Assembly: GCA_963693365.1 (NCBI GenBank)
Contig: CAVNZM010000013.1
Location: 5,694,640 to 5,758,639, forward strand
Source: Amoebidium appalachense
Lineage: Eukaryota; Protista; Ichthyosporea
DNA length: 64,000 nucleotides
Direction: 5' to 3'
A program made the translations under genes and the position numbers. The notes beneath the pieces were generated by a model. The model made no database searches. It saw only the letters and a list, made by a program, of their open reading frames with translations, and was not told the DNA's origin. Positions 13,309 to 48,381 of this stretch are shown one piece after another. How positions within the stretch are numbered: the first letter of the stretch is position 1; the number at the start of each line of letters is the position of its first letter.

Positions 13309-13602
13309 TTTGAGTGAGCAGCTTTCAGATAAAGTATATCTCTAAACGAAGGCCGGTTCTTGGCACCCCGGCGAACCTGTCAAATGGCATTGACAAGGTT
13401 TGCAGGGTTTAATATGTCCTCGACACGCTCGCCAGCCTAATCAGAATTCTTGTCGACATATCAACTTTGGTCGTGCTCGCAACCTTGGACGTCACAGCCG
13501 GCAACGTACAGACGAGCTGTAGGTAGCCACGCACAGGGGCCATTCATAATATTGGGGAAAAATTGGGGCTACCGTGCCTGGGGGAATTCAAAATATGATA
13601 AA

Positions 13603-13677
<75 letters not shown>

Positions 13678-14146
13678 CTCTTACTTCCCTATGCACTTTT
13701 TCGTGCGCGAATGTAAGCGCATCCATGTGTACACGTGTACGTGTGGATGATCTATTACGTGTGTCACGGGGGTTGTGTTACAGAGTGCGTCACCATTGGT
13801 GTGTTTGTGATTGTGTGTGTGTGTGTGTGTGTGTGTGTAAACTTTGTGTGTGTGTGTGTGTACGTGTGTGTGTGTGTGTGTGTGCGCGCGCGCGCGAGTG
13901 TGCGTCTCTGTGTGTGAGCTTGTGTGCACGTGTTTACAGTACCGTCTCATGAAGCGTTGTGAGTTGCCTCCAATCACAGTGTGCTCCGCCGCGCCGCACG
14001 GCTTACTGAGTATGCTATAGCTAGCTTATCCGGCATGTACAATGTAGGCATATGTACATTGTATCTGTCATTTATCAACTCACAACTCACCCTTTCTTTT
14101 TTTGCTATCGGGCTTTTGTATTCCTCCAGAATGGCTCCTGTGCTTC

Positions 14147-14183
<37 letters not shown>

Positions 14184-14341
14184 TGCAGCAACAAAATCTC
14201 AAGATCACAAATTCACACATGCTCTTGGGTTCGCACGTGCGCGTCTATGACAATATGCCCTATGGACACTATATAAGTCTGAACCACCTGCATCACCCGG
14301 TGCCTGCAGCAGGCAGCATTGCCTGCAACCTTGCACACCGT

Positions 14342-14431
<90 letters not shown>

Positions 14432-14440
14432 GTCACACAT

Positions 14441-14484
<44 letters not shown>

Positions 14485-14507
14485 GCACGCACGCACGCAC
14501 GCAACCA

Positions 14508-14543
<36 letters not shown>

Positions 14544-15104
14544 CACACGCACACGTGGCACACACACGCACACACACACACGAACACACGCACACACGCA
14601 CACACGCACACACACACACTCACTCACGCATGCACACACACACGCACGCACACACACACGCATGCACACAAAATATGCACATCTGGCTTCAAAGTTTGTT
14701 TGACAGTGCATGCATGTGAGCAGCTGAGCAAGCCTTCAACTTCAAGCCGGGCGGGCCCAGCGGCGATTGGCTTACAATTCGCGCCAAAACCGCGTTTGAC
14801 CAATCCACACAGTCCACTTCACATACACAGTCCACTTCACATATCCACACAGTCCACTTCACATAACGCTTTCACGTCTAGACCCTCCGATACTCTGCGC
14901 CTGACTGTTCTCACTTTTTATTCCTTGTGATTTTGTCTAATGACCAACTCATTATTTTTTTTCTTCCATTGGTGAGATTTTGTGTTCGTAATTCATAACA
15001 CATTCCGCCTGTAGTAACAAACTGATCGTTTCTTCGTTGTACGTCGTACTACGTGTCCCTTTATCTATTGCCCAGCTGTTCGTCCGCTTGTATTGAGTTA
15101 GGGA

Positions 15105-30816
<15,712 letters not shown>

Positions 30817-32018
30817 TAGGTGGTTGAGATATGATCGCATGTAGATAATAATTATATCTCGTCTAAGGTCTTTGTGAATATCGAATGTTTGTGTAAGCTT
30901 TCTTCACCTGTTCGGTGCTAATTAGGAAATGAATGTACATGTTTTCATGGAAGTTATGAATGCCAAATCGTACCACAGAGACAACGAAATGTGACGGCAC
31001 ATGTACATATATATTAATTCAAATTCTGTTATTTTGTGCATGTCCGTGCAACATATCCTTTGTAAATATCTCCTCCAGTATTTATCTGTGTACATTATGT
31101 TTTCCTGCTTTTTTGGTTGTTCATAAAAAAAAAATTTTTTTGGTATTGCAAAAGCTACCACACCAGGAGATTTACGCCTCTTACAACTGATTGGGGTACA
31201 TCGTTGAATGACAAAGATTGGTACTAGTAGCTACTAGGTGTTCGGTTAGGCCTAAAGTTAGCTTGATAAAGTTACGCAATACGTGTGCATGCCAAAAAAA
31301 AGTTCAATAGAAAGCCGTACCGGCGAATAAACTACTAATTTAGCAATGCCCCCCCCCCCCTCCTCCCTCCCCCCCCCCCCTCCTCCCCCCCCTCCCCCCC
31401 CCCCCCCCCCCCCCAAACACCCACCCACCCACCCTCCCACCCACCCATCCAGCCACACATCTATGCCTTTGGGGCCCCTCCCCCAGCTTCCCCCCTTCCC
31501 ACCACCCAACAAACACGCACACACACACATACACACACACACACACAAGCTGTTTGGTGATTCGTGACAACGCAGCCTTTGTTGATATGCATACCTGTCG
31601 GGGACCCCGCTTGTGTCTCGAGCTCCGCCCTGGGAATGTGGGGCAGAAAGTACAACACCGCATGTGTACGAAAACATGCAATATGTAAACACCAGCAACG
31701 AGTGTACTACAGCAAAAACAGACCTCATAGATTCCTCCGGGAGAGGAGGGCGTGTATTTGTGTGTGTATGTATGTGAGGGATATCCATGTAGGCACCCAC
31801 CCACACGCGCACACACTCAAACTCTTCCACACACATGTGGCACACACACGACTACACGCAACAGTACGATACATATGGGAGGCACACCCATGCTTGCGTA
31901 CACACGCACACAGAGCGCACTAGTCTGGCAGATTCGTACCGTACGTACGCACGGTGCACACACAGACAAACAGGCCCTACATCCACACATAGAAAAGTCT
32001 CACTAATGACGGGTAGGG

Positions 32019-32193
32019 TGGGTACGATTCTGAAGCACCGACAGTACACTAGTTAAGGTGCTCATAGATAGCATCTTAACTAGTGTACTGTCGGTGCTGT
32101 GTGGTAGACGGTAGTTTCCCTAGAGGGCCTGAAAAGGCCCTCCGGGAACAAAACGTGATAAAAAAAAATAAAAAAAATGGGTACGATTCTGAA
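32019..32193 (+). mobile_element. Short retroposed insert: 16-bp direct repeats (putative TSD), A-rich tail, two hairpins
   Basis: TGGGTACGATTCTGAA occurs at ~32019 and ~32178, with an A-rich tail directly before the second copy. A 29-bp hairpin spans 32034-32098, and a GAAA-capped hairpin spans ~32115-32147. Confidence 0.7.
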
Positions 32194-32235
32194 AGGGGTG
32201 TAGCAGAGAAGGGGGAGGGGAGGGTGTGTGTGTGT

Positions 32236-32284
<49 letters not shown>

Positions 32285-32949
32285 GGAACATTGAATTGTG
32301 CCCTTCCGGATTTTTGCCCCACCCTTCTTAGTTTTGCATGTCCACCTATACTCGTCTTACTATGATAAACACTTACTGAGCCCTCCCCCCGCCCCCCCCG
32401 CCCTTCCCCCCGGCGCCAACCACCACCACCCCCCTTGCCTCCCGCCCCACCCCCCTCCCCTCACAACCAGCACTCTTCCTCCCTCCCTCCCACCCCAAAC
32501 ACACATACTCACTCACCCTCCCGTTTCCCCCCTGCAGGGCACTCCCTGACGTGTCTCGGCAACCGGCCGCGGCTGTACTCACAGTACATCTGATCAGAAT
32601 CCATGCCAAATGGATCAGTTGTACACAAGTTTCTGCCATGTTTATTAACAATATTCACACCAGTTGCGGGATTGGCAAGTCATACAATCATCACCGGCGG
32701 GCAAAAGCACTTTTAACACTACTGCAACACAGGCAACTTAAAAGGGTAGAAAATTTTTTCGCATTTCACATTAACGTGGGGTTGTATCTTGATTGAAGTT
32801 GACAATATCATGGTAGTCATATAGCCATTTGTGCTCGCGCAATTGTTTCAAATTGGATGACACCACAATTTCGACATCCAAACGAGTCTTACAACTTTCT
32901 AGGTTGTTTCAGCTAGCGCTGGATTGTTCCGCCCCGTTCCTTGTTGCCA

Positions 32950-33792
32950 CTAGTACTTCCTCATGGCTCTGAACAGTTGCACGTCCATATCCTCATTATC
33001 CTCGTCGTCCCGATATCTCTGCCCACGAGAGCGGAAACGAGGTGCAGGTTCGACAGTTGCTCTGAGGAAATCATAAGCCCCCTTGGCTCTGACTCCCGTG
33101 GGCCAGGGGACCGCTACTCCGGTGGGCCAGGGTGCTGGTGCCTCGAATGCCGCCGGTCGACCCACCCTGCGACTCGGAGGCATGACATTTGCACCCGTCG
33201 GGTGTGGCCTGACATCATTGCGCTTGGAGCTTGCAAGGGAGGCGTAATGGGCCGCATTCACTGACTTCCGAGGGGTGACATACTCCTTAAGCTTGTCTTC
33301 GATATCGATCTCAATATCATCTTCACCATATAGCGGGTCACCGGGATGAGTGGCCATGTATTCTTCTCCCGTCTGTTTCTTGCCCATATGCACCATCCAG
33401 AGTGGCATATCCTTTGCCTTGTAGCCCTGTGGGGGTCCAGAGTTCGAGGGCCGGGGCAGATCAGCTATCCCCCAACTTGCAGACCCATAGCTTTTCGAGT
33501 CCCCATCGTCCTTGGACTCATTCTGGTCGTAGAGGGCAACCTCCCAATCACGCGGGATGTGCCGGGAACCATTCTTGAACGGGAGGGGGCTGCGTACAGG
33601 ATTCTCTACGTATACACCTCCGTTTATGAAAGGGAGGGGGCGGCGTGCAGCATCCTCTACACCTCCGTCCATAACATCCGGCATGTGTGGTGACCCGCGC
33701 TCGAATTCGAACGGGAGAGGGCGCCCGGTGACAGCTGCACATCCGCAGAGCAGGGCCACGGTGAGAGTCAACATGTTACCCGGTACAGCCAT
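32950..33792 (-). CDS. Intronless secreted protein (~280 aa) with repeated PLPF and PWPTG motifs
   Basis: Long, complex ORF. Signal-peptide-like MLTLTVALLCGCAAVTG. TATA-like TATATA ~70 nt upstream of the ATG at 33792. Confidence 0.75.
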   Translation of the reverse strand: MAVPGNMLTLTVALLCGCAAVTGRPLPFEFERGSPHMPDVMDGGVEDAARRPLPFINGGVYVENPVRSPLPFKNGSRHIPRDWEVALYDQNESKDDGDSKSYGSASWGIADLPRPSNSGPPQGYKAKDMPLWMVHMGKKQTGEEYMATHPGDPLYGEDDIEIDIEDKLKEYVTPRKSVNAAHYASLASSKRNDVRPHPTGANVMPPSRRVGRPAAFEAPAPWPTGVAVPWPTGVRAKGAYDFLRATVEPAPRFRSRGQRYRDDEDNEDMDVQLFRAMRKY

Positions 33793-35185
33793 GGTGGCCT
33801 CAGACCGCACAATCCAAATGCTGCACTTGTGAACGTGTGGCTGCAAGTGGTATTGTGGTGGATATATAAGAGTGCGAGCGCGACCCTTTTATCTTGGCTT
33901 CGGTCATAGCTCAGTTGTGCTCCTAAGGCAACCAGATCTGGATCCGGAGTGCATATGCATGTATGCAGGTATGAATCTACCAGCCAGTTATGGACGAGCC
34001 ATATTTGCATACACATCCTCATAAATATTTGTACATATTTCTTATTTGAATATTTATGATAGTATATATAGCTATGTGCGTATCCACGTGAATATGGGTT
34101 AGTTCTTGAGAAAACCTTCGGTTATTAGTGTTTAATACTTACATGCATGTATTCACTTGAAGGTATTTGCTGCATACCATAGATTTATCACCCAGTGTCC
34201 TCCAGTTTGGTTGCAAACAACGCTTACGATTTTAAGTAACCATTGGTATGTACATTGGTAACACACATTTAGATTTGCAACCAAACTGGTCAGTGCCACC
34301 AACCGCACCGTTTTTTTTTGTTTTTTTTTTCTATTGGTTTGCTTTTGTTTTTTTGCTTTGTTTTTACGCTTCATGGCTTCCTTTGCAACTTTATTCTCCA
34401 GGAACGTCTGTTCGAAGTTATCATCGATGTGAAGACTCGTATGATGATCATACGATGTCGCCCGTGCCGGTCGGACATTATGGTGCTCTAAAAGACATGA
34501 TTACCGTGGAAGTCACGAGCGAAAACAGCTTTCTCTAAAACAGGATAATCAATTGTGTGTGGCGGCCACAGAAGTTCCAGTTATCAACTCCACACCAACT
34601 CAACACCACTGCTAATATTAGCACGCTTAATTTAGCACGTATTATTATTATCATCAACCCATCGATCTCCTCTGGAGTGACTTAGTACTATATAGTGATC
34701 AATAGGTAGGGCGTTTGCATATCTAGGAGCTGTGTTTGCTATCATGTATAGTGCAGTTGATTTCAATGTAGTTGCAACTTTACTGATCTGGAAAACGGCT
34801 ACTCGGTTAGTTTGGTAGTTCTGCATATGAATATGAACTTATTTGAGACTCAGGCCACGTGACAAACAGCAGCCGAGGTCACTCCACGTGCACATGCATA
34901 CGTAGTTTGAGCAGTGCCACACCTTCTTCTTCAGTTTCATGAACTAATACATATAGCTAGGTCTAAAAAATACCCAGAATTGAATGACCTCTTCAGCAAA
35001 TCGTGTAACCCCGTGTCTGACTCAGCACGTGCCTTTGTTTGTGTGTCCATATGTGTGTGCTTGTGGCCGTGCATATGTGCATGTATGCGATTTTATGAGT
35101 CAGTAAGTTGTGCACGTAGGTGGGTGTCCCCTGTGTATGTGCATGATACTCAGTGCGTGAATTTTTATCTCTTTTTTTGTTGTTG

Positions 35186-35220
<35 letters not shown>

Positions 35221-35776
35221 AATTGAGGAGGGTACGGGGGGAGAGAAGGGGTGAACAAGGGGATTGTGCAAGGCATGACATCACTGGGGTGCACAAACAG
35301 AGAAAATTTTGTCACCTTTTTAAGCATCCGAGACTAAGTCTCGTGGCTAATGGCATAAGCCTAAATTTCAATATAGGTAGAGTTCGCCTGCAATTCGTTG
35401 TCAATGAAAGCACAAAGAACCATCCGGTGTGTGTGCGTCACGTGCACCTGAGTCGGAGAAAGAACTTCGGTATGGCCGTAGACGTCTAAACCCGGTAGAC
35501 TTCCATGCGAGCTTGTGTGTGACATGCATGTGCCGCAGTGGGCGGGCATGCACCTTTTGTGCATGGCTAGTGTGGTGACGTACCAGCAGTGTGTGTGTGT
35601 GTGTGTGTGTGTGTCATCGAGTATGGTCGTGTGGACCGGGTAGTGTGAGGTGTGCGAGTAGTCACGTCACGGTGTTTGAAAGTTCAAAAGTGCACGTGGC
35701 TAACGATCATATCAACACCGCCGGTACCGGGCCGGGCATGATAATAAACCAAAAACACCAACCTCGGGCCCCACCA

Positions 35777-35814
<38 letters not shown>

Positions 35815-35930
35815 CATCACCCACCCCCACACACACACAAAAGCAAATTTGAAAAAAGTAAGAAAAAACACCAAATTTGCACCCCAACCCATTTATTATA
35901 TCCCCCTTCGGGATCCCCCCCAAAACACAC

Positions 35931-35978
<48 letters not shown>

Positions 35979-36052
35979 TCCCTCTCCCGGTCACTCCCAC
36001 CACCACGTGCACCACCATAAAGGGGGAGGGGGGGAAGGCTGGCCCTCTGCCG

Positions 36053-36091
<39 letters not shown>

Positions 36092-36485
36092 GGACGATGA
36101 TTTGTGCACGTACCCGAAAATTGATTGGTGCAGGTGCCCGGACCTTTATTTTTTCGGGGAAAGATGTTTGCATAGGTGGTACAGTAAACGTATTTAGAAG
36201 CAACACATAAACGTGGTAACGCTCACATGGCCATGCATATGCATCATTATTTGTTAGCACATGGAAGATTAGTTGGCGTCCCGCAATTGCAAGAGACATG
36301 TAATCATGGGCCACGTATGTATTGTATTGGCAATCAGACAAGCACTGCACAGTGTATCGATAGGCAAACTATTTACTTCATTGAATGATTCCATCCGGCA
36401 CTACCAACTTAAAGCATCATCTCTTTACCCCCCCTCCCCTTCCCCCCCCCCCCCCCCAAAAAAAAATAAATAAATAAAATAAAAT

Positions 36486-36543
<58 letters not shown>

Positions 36544-37059
36544 AGCGCCACAACTAGAGAATCCATTGAGCTACTTGTCTTAACCGTCCCAACTCTGCTA
36601 CGTACGTGCCTGTGCCTACGGTTGTTTGTCGCACAAACATACATGTTACATTTCTAATGATTCATATGCATATATATATTGCATCCATATGTAAATTCGT
36701 ATCTCACACAAAAAAGGACCCACCTGATATATATATAGAGACCCTTCTATACACCCGCCTTTCTTGTTCGGTTGGTTGTTTTGACTAACTAATATGGTGG
36801 GCAAGCATGGAAACAAAAATGGTTCACATGCTAGCATGCCACATTAAAAATTATACAATATGGAAGTAATATGTTCAGATACATACTTTAGTTTGACAAA
36901 TTATCTAGAACGGGAAAAAAAACCCACATATAGAGCAAAAAAAACATCTTTCTTTAAAATAAATCAATAACAACAACAAAAACAACACTCGACAAACAAA
37001 CACAAAAGCCTAAGCATCAACAACACCACCGCCACCACCCAACAAAAACAAACAAACAC

Positions 37060-43370
<6,311 letters not shown>

Positions 43371-45497
43371 TTTCGGCCCAGAAAACTGTGCAGATCTCCG
43401 TCGGTTCTCAGGAAAATTAAAAAGGGGCTGCCTGCCTTGGCACAGAAGAATCTTAAGTATATACTTGCTGCAAATAAAGGCATAAGGTGTAGAGCAGATG
43501 ACAAGAGCTATAAAAGCTGTGAATAGAGTCTGTTAGCTGCGTTGCTCACGAACATTTATTACCCACACATGTACACCAGAATCCAGAAGTTTCGTCCTCT
43601 CTTGGCTTTCAAATCTCCGTTTGATTTGCAGATGGAAAAAGTGACGGTGGAAGAAACAGAGAAGAAAGACGAAGTTTAGTAACTGGCGTGAAACTTGAGC
43701 CTTAATAAAGTGCAAGTCACTCAGCCTGGCAGAAGCCTTGAACAAGAAAGAAAAACCTTGACAGCCGTACGGAGCCTGACTGAGACAGCGAGACTCAGCC
43801 GATCAGTTTTGATCCCCACCGATCGCATTGATGATTCCTATTGGGTAAGCCGCGGCCTATCTGCGGGGGAGCTTTTGGGGGGCACAGGAAACTTACCAAA
43901 TTGTCACCGTTCTGAAAGTGAGTATGGACTACATTTGCGATTAGAAAATCTGTTGAGTGAAATGAGCTGTGGTTGAACATTTAATTATTTAATATAAAAA
44001 TTATCTGTTGGAGATCAGTAAGACTAAGCACTGGATTAGTTGTTTTTTTCAGAAAGAACATTCCGCATTAGATTTTTGAGTGGGTCCAACACCAGGGTCG
44101 GAGACCGTATTACTGTAGGTCACAGTGTACATGTAGAGCTGCAGTGCCGGCAATGCTTCGAACTCTGGTCGTTTTCTATAGCCAACATGTGATAAATACG
44201 ACAACTAACAAAAATCATTGTATTTGTTTTAGGCTTTCTGCTTTTAAATAAGCCGAAGGCTTTGTTTTATCAATGCTCTCAATTTCATATTACGTCACGC
44301 GACATCATTGTCCCCCTAGCTTTTTGTATACTATGATGTCATCAAAACGCATAGCGATTGGCGAAAGGAACCCAATAGAAGAATATTTATCAGCCATGCG
44401 TCTCGGCTTGCATTTCATCGGCGCCGGTGTAAAAATTCTGTTTCGCACAAACACAAAAAGCAATCATGTATTTATCGTATACGAGTAAGACACTCTTTTG
44501 TAATAGCGCTGCCTGTCAGAAATAAAAGCCGCTGGAACATTTGGGGTTGGAAAATCCATCCACGAATTTTAGTCTTAGTGAATCACCATAGGAGCTTTTT
44601 CTTGTGGCACTTCAAGAGCATTGCATTGCCATGGTAGCGCCTAAGCGCACGCGTAGTTGCCAAGTTTGGCAGTTGCAATATAGCCAGATTAGGCTGGTTC
44701 AGGCGTCCAATCACAAACGGGCAAAGTGGGCACGCTCAGGCTTCCGGATCTTCCGATCCGCTTGCTCAGGCAGCCAGGCTGCGCGCAAGTGAGAAATTGA
44801 ACACGGTGCGGGCTTGCTCTGTCTGTGCTCCCTTTGCCGTGAGATCAGCAAATGAAGGCAACACACACAAATTTCCGGGGTGGTTGCCATGTGCCACCAC
44901 ATGTGCGCGTTCGCCTCATGATCAGCCTAACCCCTATAGCTATGTGTAGTACATATTCTCACATGTGCACGTGCATACGTGCAAGGTGTTCATGATCAGC
45001 TGCTGGCCCGGGTGTACACCGGGCGGCAGCTTCTTGACATCACAAGTACACACACTGAGTCTCTGCACGATGCGAACTATGTCATGTACGAATTACCCAT
45101 GCTTGCCCGCAGATTTCCCATGTGACTCCGCCTGTGGAGGTAGAGCGACACACGTGATTTCTCCCGGAGTAATGGGGTTGGGATAAAAAGAACGAACGGC
45201 CTGTTTCCTTTTTTTAAAAGGGACTTCTTTTGTTGAAGTTTTGAAGAGCTGAATGTTTTATTTCCCTTTCGTTTTCCTGAACTGCCATATGACTTCTGTA
45301 CTGCGCAGTTAGATCTGTCATAATTCCTCCTCCGGTGCCGGGTTTTCACTCTCCTTTCGCCGTCCAACTTAAAGTTTAACTTCGCCAAACATTTGAACTG
45401 AGATTTCTTTTTACTCCCAACCTTTCTCCCCACCTTCCTTCTGAAAATATATAACCAATTCTTCAGCCCTGTCCCTCGCACGTTTCCACGCACCGCC

Positions 45498-46001
45498 ATG
45501 GGGCTGCTAGGGCAGACGGTCAACTCTGTGGTCAACTTTGAGCGCAGTGAGCGCAGCAATGGCTACGGCTGGGCCACGACGGCAGACGAGGTGCTGGCGA
45601 GGGAGAAGGTCGACATGGCCGGCAAGAACGTGCTCATCACGGGGGGATGGATACTCGGGTACGTGTGCGGGATTCTAGAACCTGAGAAAGGTTTAATGGG
45701 ATTAGGTTACGGCAGTGAATATTAATGATGTATTCCCCCCCCCCCCCCCCCCCCCCCTTTTTCTCTTAATTTTTTAACTTTTTTTTAATTTCTTTCGAAA
45801 TCCCTCTATGATTTTATTGAAGTCAGCATTGAAGCTAATAGATAGTCTTTTCACTGTCTTTATTTAAATTATTTTCTTCGTTCCTTTTTATAATCATCTC
45901 TCACTCTCCCCCCTCCCCGCCCCCTCTTGTGTCTCGTTCGTTGCCTTTTTTTTTTTTTTTTTTTTCTTTTTTTTTCCTTTCTTTCTTTCTTTCTTTCTTT
46001 T

Positions 46002-46032
<31 letters not shown>

Positions 46033-46168
46033 GGGGGGGAGGGGAGGAGGGAGGGGTGAAGGAGGGGAGGGAGGGGCAGTTGGAAGGACTGAAAAGACAG
46101 TGACACAGAATCATTTGGGATTCAGAGCTAAATTGCAAACAAAAGTGTCACGTTGGTTCCTCTTTTGA

Positions 46169-46211
<43 letters not shown>

Positions 46212-47405
46212 CCCCCCCCCCCCCCCCCCCGCCCTCTCCCTCCTCCCTTCCCCTCCTCTCCCCTTCCCTCTCCCTCAGCATGAAAGTTTTGTATCGTGCG
46301 CTCATCCCGGCGCTTGCTCTTTGATCGTCCATCATCTCTTTCAAACGAGTCCTTCGAAACCTTCTCCAGGAGTTGTTCTAACACCTTCTCCCCGAGATTT
46401 TGCCTCTCTTTTTCAGGCCATTCTACTTGCTTCCCGGGCCTCACACCTCATGATCTAAGAAAGGCCTAAGATGATGGGGATGTTGGGGGTGGGGGGGGGG
46501 GGTGATGGGTGAGTGGGTGGGGAAGAGGAGGAGGGGGGGGGGGGGGGGGGGGGGGAGGGAGTGTGGGCCGGGGAGCTGAATGGGGCAAGAACAGTAGTTG
46601 TATAGATCGGCTGCTCTCATCTTAACTTCTGCTTGCCTTCTTTCCTTCATTAACAACATCCGGGACCCCCTTCCCAGCCCACACCCCCTCCAAACCTCTT
46701 CCGTCTTCCGGCAGTCTTAACCTCCCCCTCCCCCTCCCTCCCCCCTTTCACGCTTCCCCACCCCTCACTCTTCTCCTTTCACAGGTATCGGCCTTGCCAC
46801 AGCCAAACACCTCTCCAAGGCCGGAGCGCACATCGTTCTAGCGGTGCGAGATGTGGAAAGGGGCAAGCAGGTGGGGGAGGAGCTCAAGCAGCTTGGTGCC
46901 GGGGGGTGCACGGTGGTGGGGTTGGAGCTGGAGAGCCTGCAGTCTGTGCGTGAATGTGCGAGGGAGGTGAAGGAGTGGGGCCAGCCCATACACGTGCTCA
47001 TATGCAACGCAGGTGCCGAGCTGTCATCCCCCTCCCCCCCTTTAACGCATTCCCCCCCCCCCCCCTCCCCCCCCTCTCCTCCTCCCACCCCCGACCCATC
47101 CTCTCCCTTACGGGGGGTCCCTGGCCCCCCGTGGCGAACATCTCCCTCCACCCCTCCCTTCTTGACACTTTCTTTCTTTCAACGGCCCCAATGTCACCCC
47201 CTCTCCATCCCAACTCCCATTATCTACCTCCCCCATAGCTTGTTCCTCCTTCCTTCTTCACACCTTCGCATCCCCCTCCCCCCCCCCGCCCCCCTTCCCC
47301 CCCCCACCTCTCCCCCTGTTTCTGTTGCCCGTACCCCAATATCCCCTTTCATGACGTTGTGTTTCTGTTTCATCCTAATTATAACACCACCTACGTTATC
47401 TTACT

Positions 47406-47448
<43 letters not shown>

Positions 47449-48304
47449 ACCCAAAAAAAAAAAAAAAAAAAAAAAAACTTAGATTGAACAACTCGAAATA
47501 CTATAAAAAAAATTACCACCACTGCTGACAAACTTTTTGCAGGATTGCAATAAAACATGATAGGTAGCCTATAGGATATGACGGTCATGCTTCCCCCCCC
47601 CCCTGCCCCCCCCCCCCCTTTTCCTCCCTTAACCACCACCAGCACCACCACCACCGATCCCGGCGTGACTCATCAGAAAATGAAACTCGGTGCTCTAATT
47701 ATGGCAATTGGATCACAGGTAACCTCCCCAGAGCCTACGAGGAGACGGATGATGGTGTGGAGAAGACTATTCAGGTGTGTGTGTGGGGGGGTAGTTTTTT
47801 TTTTTTTTGGGGGGGGGGGGGGGAGGGGGGGGAGGGGGGGGGAGGGAGGGGGGGGGGGGGGGGGGGAGATGGGTGCATTTGGTAGTTTGGGGGTTGTGTT
47901 GTGGGTGGGTGTGTCTGGTGGGGGCTTGGGGGGGGGGGGGGGGGGGGGGGGGAGGAGGGGATGTTGGTCATGGGTGTGTGTGGGGAGCCTCGTGTGTGGG
48001 TGGTTGTGTGGGTGGGTGTGCGTGTGTAAGTATGTGTGGGTCGCACACATGTGCCGACCAGGATCATGTATTTAAGAAACTATAATCAGCACGCACGTGT
48101 GTGTATTTTGGATCCCCCCCCCCCCCCCCCCTCCCCCCTTCCCCCCCTTTTTCATTGCCAACATACCCCAATTCCTTACACCCCACCTTTACTTTTCTCA
48201 ACTAGGTTAATTTGAAGTCGGGTACCTCCTTTGGCACAATATTTCCCGGCCCATTAAAGCCTCGTGTAGCAACCAACCCTCCCTCCCCCCCCCCTCTCTC
48301 TCTC

Positions 48305-48340
<36 letters not shown>

Positions 48341-48348
48341 CCTCTCCC

Positions 48349-48381
<33 letters not shown>

